From Planctomycetota bacterium (GTDB taxonomy: Bacteria; Planctomycetota; UBA1135; UBA2386), in contig CANMWZ010000064.1 of assembly GCA_947501605.1 (NCBI GenBank), positions 1-11,789 of the forward strand: a DNA stretch of 11,789 bases. The letters run 5' to 3'. A model generated the notes under the pieces. The model saw only the letters and a program-made list of their open reading frames with translations, searched no databases and was not told the DNA's origin. Numbering within the stretch: the stretch's first letter is position 1; each line of letters starts with the position of its first letter. A program made the translations under genes and the position numbers. Shown one piece after another: positions 8,375-11,789 of this stretch.

Positions 8375-9718
8375 GTGAGCCGCTTCTCACACCTCACTGC
8401 AGCTCTCGCATTCTGCATCTGCTGCGGGCTCGCGCCGGCGCAGATGCAATGGGGGGCCATCGGGCAGTGGCCGCCTAGCACGAGTACCGTCGCAACGATG
8501 GACCGAGATCGTGATCGACTAGTGGCCGTAAGGATGAGCGGGCTTACTGGGGTCACGGTGAGTGAGTTCGACGGACAGTCTTGGGCAGTCCCGACGACCT
8601 CGCCTCTGGCTCAGATTAGCCCCATGATGCTTTGTTATGACGAGGCGCGACGAGAGTCCGTGTTCCTCGGTTCTCATGGTCTGACTGGCGTGGTCGGGAC
8701 GTGGACGTGGAAGGGGCAGAAGTGGACTTTGGTATCCACGCAGATTCCGACTGTGTTGAATATCATGGCAAGCACCTTCCACAGGGGGCGCCAGAAGGTG
8801 ATGGCGATTGCAGGGATCGCTGGTTCCACTCTGCCCATCGATCTCTGGGAGTGGGATGGCTCGACGTGGAGCGTCGTGTCTGTCGGGCAATCACTGCCAA
8901 CAGGAGTCAACTTCCAGGCTCTGGCTTATGATGAGGCCCGCGACAGGCTGGTGACATGCTGCGCACAGTCACAGAACTCTAGCGGGGCCGTGTTCCTGCC
9001 CTACACATGGGAGTGGGATGCTCAATCGGGGTGGCAGATTGTAGACAGAAGCAGTCCAGCACTGTCTTCCCCGATGCTGGTGTATGACGAGGCGCGGAAG
9101 ACTCTTGTGCTCTGGGCGTACTTGGTGACCTCCCCAAGTTCAAGTTCCGAAGGTTGGGAGAGAATGGGCAAAGGCAGTTGGGTTCGAAAGCCCAACCCGC
9201 CGGAGCGAGTTCTTTTCTCGATTTACGACCCGATCCGCCAGCGCATCCTGAGCCTCAGTTGAACCGTAGCCTTTCGCTTCTACCAGCCCGTCTACCCCGC
9301 CGGCCTGACCACCTTCTCCCCCGGATGCCCAGGGTTCAGCGGCACCCCAACCATCACACAGAAGGCTACGCACACCGGCGCCTGGATCGGCGACACCCTC
9401 CAGGTCACCGTCGATCCAGTCCCGACCGCCTTCGCCGGCCTCTTCCTCGGCTTTTCCAACACGACCTATCAAGGCATCCCGTTGCCGATCGACCTCGGCC
9501 CCATCGGCATGCCGAACTGCAGCCTCCACGTCGCCCCCGAAGCCTTCCTCCTCTGCACCGGAACCGGCACCTCCTGCAACGGTTCGCTTGCCATACCGGA
9601 CTCCAACGCACTCCGCGGCGCCGCCTTCTACCTCCAGGCAGTCGTGCCCGCGCCGACGGTGAACGCGGGCGGGCTGGTGGTTAGTGACGCGGTCGTCGTT
9701 TCCATCGGCAGTCGCTGA
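8375..9718 (+). pseudogene. Secreted Kelch-like beta-propeller plus C-terminal domain, interrupted by one in-frame TGA at 9260-9262 (nonsense allele, sequencing error or readthrough)
   Basis: Signal peptide MSRFSHLTAALAFCICCGLAPA|Q and six blades (MDRDRDRLV..EFDGQSW; YDEARRESV..TWTWKGQKW; FHRGRQKV..LWEWDGSTW; YDEARDRLV..TWEWDAQSGW; YDEARKTLV..GWERMGKGSW; YDPIRQRILSLS*TVAFRFY). After the TGA the same frame stays open for 151 codons to TGA 9716-9718 and includes the track ORF 9482-9718. Confidence 0.8.
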
Positions 9719-9858
9719 AGCCACACCCAGCATCGCCGCGAAGGCCGCGCAGCACCGCGGCTTACCCAGCGCGACCAAGGCTGACGCAAGTCGATGTTGG
9801 CTGGGCGGGCCGACCTGCTGCTTTACTTCGCCGCACCAACCGCGATGGTGCCTTCCCT

Positions 9859-10410
9859 ATGAAGATCCGAACCTGGATGTCCTGGGAAGGTGGCGTCGAC
9901 CTCGTCGCCGCGACCCGCCCTGATCTCGCGATGCCCAACGTCGTCGTGCACCTCGCGCGCATGGTGCACACCCCGATCGGCTCCGCCCCCGCGGGGTTGG
10001 TGCTTTACCAGCCGGATCCTTCTGCCATGCCGCTCGCGATCGGGTTCGTCAGCACGGACCAGAAGCTCGCTGCCTGGTTCGGCCCCAACATCTTCGCCGG
10101 GACCCCGTTCGAAGCAGCGCCAGCGCTCGCTGCCAAGATCCACATCGACGTCGCCGACGGCCGCGCGTCCTCGCGCCTCGAGGTCATGGGCCACGTGTTC
10201 GAGACCGTCCTGTCGCAGCTCGCCCCCGGCGAACTGATCCATCGTCCGGCCGGTGCGCCGATGCCGTTCGCGCAGCAGGGCCTCGAGGCCTCCGCCGGCA
10301 AGGTCGAGTTCCAGGTCGATGGCAAGCCCGTCGCGGTGATCGTGCCCAAGATGGGCATCGGCGGCGGTGCTGCCGCGGTGTTCAGCGCCTGCGGCGTCTA
10401 CGCCCGCTGA
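9859..10410 (+). CDS. Hypothetical protein (183 aa), probably cytoplasmic and beta-rich
   Basis: ATG start, strong GC3 codon bias, normal globular composition, and it fills the gap between neighbours. No motif recognised. Confidence 0.75.
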   Translation: MKIRTWMSWEGGVDLVAATRPDLAMPNVVVHLARMVHTPIGSAPAGLVLYQPDPSAMPLAIGFVSTDQKLAAWFGPNIFAGTPFEAAPALAAKIHIDVADGRASSRLEVMGHVFETVLSQLAPGELIHRPAGAPMPFAQQGLEASAGKVEFQVDGKPVAVIVPKMGIGGGAAAVFSACGVYAR

Positions 10411-10419
10411 GTGGACCCG

Positions 10420-10614
10420 TCAGTTCGCGCTGCTGCCTTGTGGGGGCGGCGCGGGCTTCGGTTCGTGGCCGTTGCAAAAGCGGACCGGCTGCGGCGGGTA
10501 CTTCGGATACCCCGGGCGCGTGCAGCGAACGAAGGTCGAGGTCGCGCTCGCGATCAAGGCGACGTAGCGGCACGTGTGGCAGACGCTCGCCGGAAACGGA
10601 ACGCGGGCGCTCAC
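10420..10614 (-). CDS. Small 4-Cys putative metal-binding protein (64 aa)
   Basis: CHTC-x15-C-x15-C pattern with KYPPQPV..C..HE. The GTG start lies 4 nt after the yjdM stop, and the ORF fits between flanking genes without overlap. Confidence 0.65.
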   Translation of the reverse strand: MSARVPFPASVCHTCRYVALIASATSTFVRCTRPGYPKYPPQPVRFCNGHEPKPAPPPQGSSAN

Positions 10615-10618
10615 CGGT

Positions 10619-10969
10619 TCAGGTGACCTTGCGCACGAACTCGGACTTCAGGCCCATCGGGCCGATCCCGTCGACCTTGCAGTCGATGTCGTGGTCGCCG
10701 TCGACGATGCGGATGTTGCGCACCTTGGTGCCGACCTTCACGACCGACGAACTGCCGCGCACCTTCAGGTCCTTGATGACCGTCACGGTGTCGCCGTCCT
10801 GCAGCACGTTGCCGTTGCTGTCTTTGACGACGCGCGGGCCGTCGGCGATCGCTTCGCTCGCGGCATTGGCGCTCGACCACAGGTGGTCGCACTCGGGGCA
10901 GTGATTGAGATCGCCGTCGAGCCAGGTGTAGGTCGACGCGCATTTCGGACAGGGAGGCAGTTCGCTCAT
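10619..10969 (-). CDS. yjdM: Zinc-ribbon protein YjdM (PhnA family)
   Basis: [21 protein letters not shown] zinc ribbon followed by [67 protein letters not shown], the canonical PhnA/YjdM C-terminal domain. Confidence 0.95.
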   Translation of the reverse strand: MSELPPCPKCASTYTWLDGDLNHCPECDHLWSSANAASEAIADGPRVVKDSNGNVLQDGDTVTVIKDLKVRGSSSVVKVGTKVRNIRIVDGDHDIDCKVDGIGPMGLKSEFVRKVT

Positions 10970-11014
10970 GGCGGCGGCGAGCGTTCTAACAGGCGCGGCT
11001 GTCGAACTCGTGCG

Positions 11015-11038
11015 CCGGCCGCTCGGTTTCGCGGCCGG
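11015..11038. other. GC-rich inverted repeat (8-bp stem, 8-nt loop) between the secreted protein gene and yjdM
   Basis: CCGGCCGC-tcggtttc-GCGGCCGG, 15 nt downstream of the stop at 11054. There is no U-tract, so it is not a classical intrinsic terminator. Confidence 0.4.
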
Positions 11039-11053
11039 GCCGAGGTCGCGCGA

Positions 11054-11608
11054 TCAGAACCCGACGCTGTAGGCCTGCGACAGCACGAACGGGCCAGCGC
11101 CCAGCGGCGCGCCGCCGAGGCCGCACGGGTCGAAGATCACCGCTTGCGTCGACAGCGTGGTGTTCAGCGTGCACGGCACCGTGCCGGCGAGGATCGGCGG
11201 GACCGCGACCGAGATGTTGGCGTTGCCGGCGGCGTCCGCGACCAGGGTCGCCGACCAGACGATGTTGCAGCCCGGGATCGGGAAGAAGTCGATCGACTGG
11301 TTGGTGGTGTTGCAGGGCGGGATGAACCCGAGCGGCAAGGCCGGCGAGCAGGTGTTCGACGGCCACGGGATCGAGCAGCCGCGGCATGGGCAGTCGGTGA
11401 AGACGATGATGACCAGGTTGCCCGGGACCGTGTTGACCGACAGGTTCATCACCACCGGCGACGGCAGGCAGAGCGTGTTGCACGACTGCGAGCCCGAGGT
11501 CGACCCGTTGATCGTGTAGTCGTTCTTGCCGGGGACGCCTGTGACTTGGGCGAGCAGGCTGCCGGTAAGGAGCAGAGCGGCGGTTAGGAAGCGGAGTGAG
11601 GCGGTCAT
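11054..11608 (-). CDS. Secreted Cys/Pro-rich single-domain protein (184 aa, 10 Cys)
   Basis: ATG 11608 with AGGA upstream, signal peptide MTASLRFLTAALLLTGSLLA|Q, GC3-biased codons, and a beta-rich mature part ending TQAVIFDP..FVLSQAYSVGF. Confidence 0.85.
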   Translation of the reverse strand: MTASLRFLTAALLLTGSLLAQVTGVPGKNDYTINGSTSGSQSCNTLCLPSPVVMNLSVNTVPGNLVIIVFTDCPCRGCSIPWPSNTCSPALPLGFIPPCNTTNQSIDFFPIPGCNIVWSATLVADAAGNANISVAVPPILAGTVPCTLNTTLSTQAVIFDPCGLGGAPLGAGPFVLSQAYSVGF

Positions 11609-11686
11609 GGTCGTGTCCTGCGAGTGGGGAACGGGGGCGACGCCCTCTGTGCCAACGTGAGTGAGACACCTGTTCGTGTTGTGTTT

Positions 11687-11692
11687 AGTGTA
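11687..11692 (-). promoter_or_regulatory. Possible -10 element (TACACT) upstream of the secreted Cys-rich protein
   Basis: TACACT on the minus strand within a locally AT-richer patch about 80 nt upstream of ATG 11608. There is no well-spaced -35. Confidence 0.25.
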
Positions 11693-11789
11693 GAGGGCGC
11701 AGGAATCGCAGATGACCAAGCAGTCGAAGAACGGCTCGAAGGATCGCCCGGTGTTGGCGACCACGGAGCGGAGCCCAGGCGAGCGTAGC

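Noticed and set aside
9260..9310. Selenocysteine recoding of the in-frame TGA
   Set aside because: Only a weak GTAG/CTAC 4-bp stem follows, not a convincing bacterial SECIS, and the position is a propeller loop rather than a redox Cys site. It is not formally excluded without a bSECIS search.
8375..9718. Diversity-generating retroelement target
   Set aside because: No reverse transcriptase and no template/variable repeat pair differing at adenines is visible in the window.
5146..10410. Genome-wide TGA reassignment (genetic code 4 or 25) as the explanation for the internal stop
   Set aside because: Neighbouring genes end at TGA exactly where their families should end (1797-1799, 5147-5149, 5258-5260, 10619-10621), and Trp is encoded by TGG throughout.
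10619..10969. Phosphonate utilisation operon
   Set aside because: The PhnA/YjdM zinc-ribbon family is distinct from phosphonoacetate hydrolase, and no other phn genes are present.
11609..11764. 52-aa N-terminal extension of the last ORF from GTG 11764
   Set aside because: The signal peptide and AGGA site point to ATG 11608, and the extension crosses an AT-richer promoter-like patch.

Overview
GC-rich bacterial chromosomal window with about 12 genes and no rRNA, tRNA, CRISPR array, transposase or reverse transcriptase. The protein types suggest an uncultured Planctomycetota-like organism (inference only). Order: partial acyltransferase-3 (+), secreted subtilisin-like S8 protease (+), membrane-anchored carboxypeptidase-regulatory-like repeat protein (-), plant-type methionine gamma-lyase-like PLP enzyme (+), a 6 x 13-bp tandem repeat, TraF_2/PorV/FadL-like outer-membrane barrel (-), GT-C (ArnT/PMT-like) glycosyltransferase (-), a secreted Kelch-like beta-propeller gene broken by one in-frame TGA (+), a 183-aa hypothetical (+), a 4-Cys mini-protein (-), yjdM/phnA (-) and a secreted Cys-rich protein (-). 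Main observations: (1) the 8375-9718 frame stays open through a single TGA at 9260-9262, where base composition also switches, joining a low-GC propeller to a ~145-aa C-terminal domain; (2) that domain resembles the stand-alone secreted protein at 11054-11608, suggesting a shared surface-sorting or anchoring module, possibly served by the nearby PorV-like barrel; (3) all four predicted Sec-exported proteins may start with Gln after signal cleavage; (4) the lyase gene is bracketed by copies of the 13-bp repeat. All family calls come from motif recognition, not database searches.
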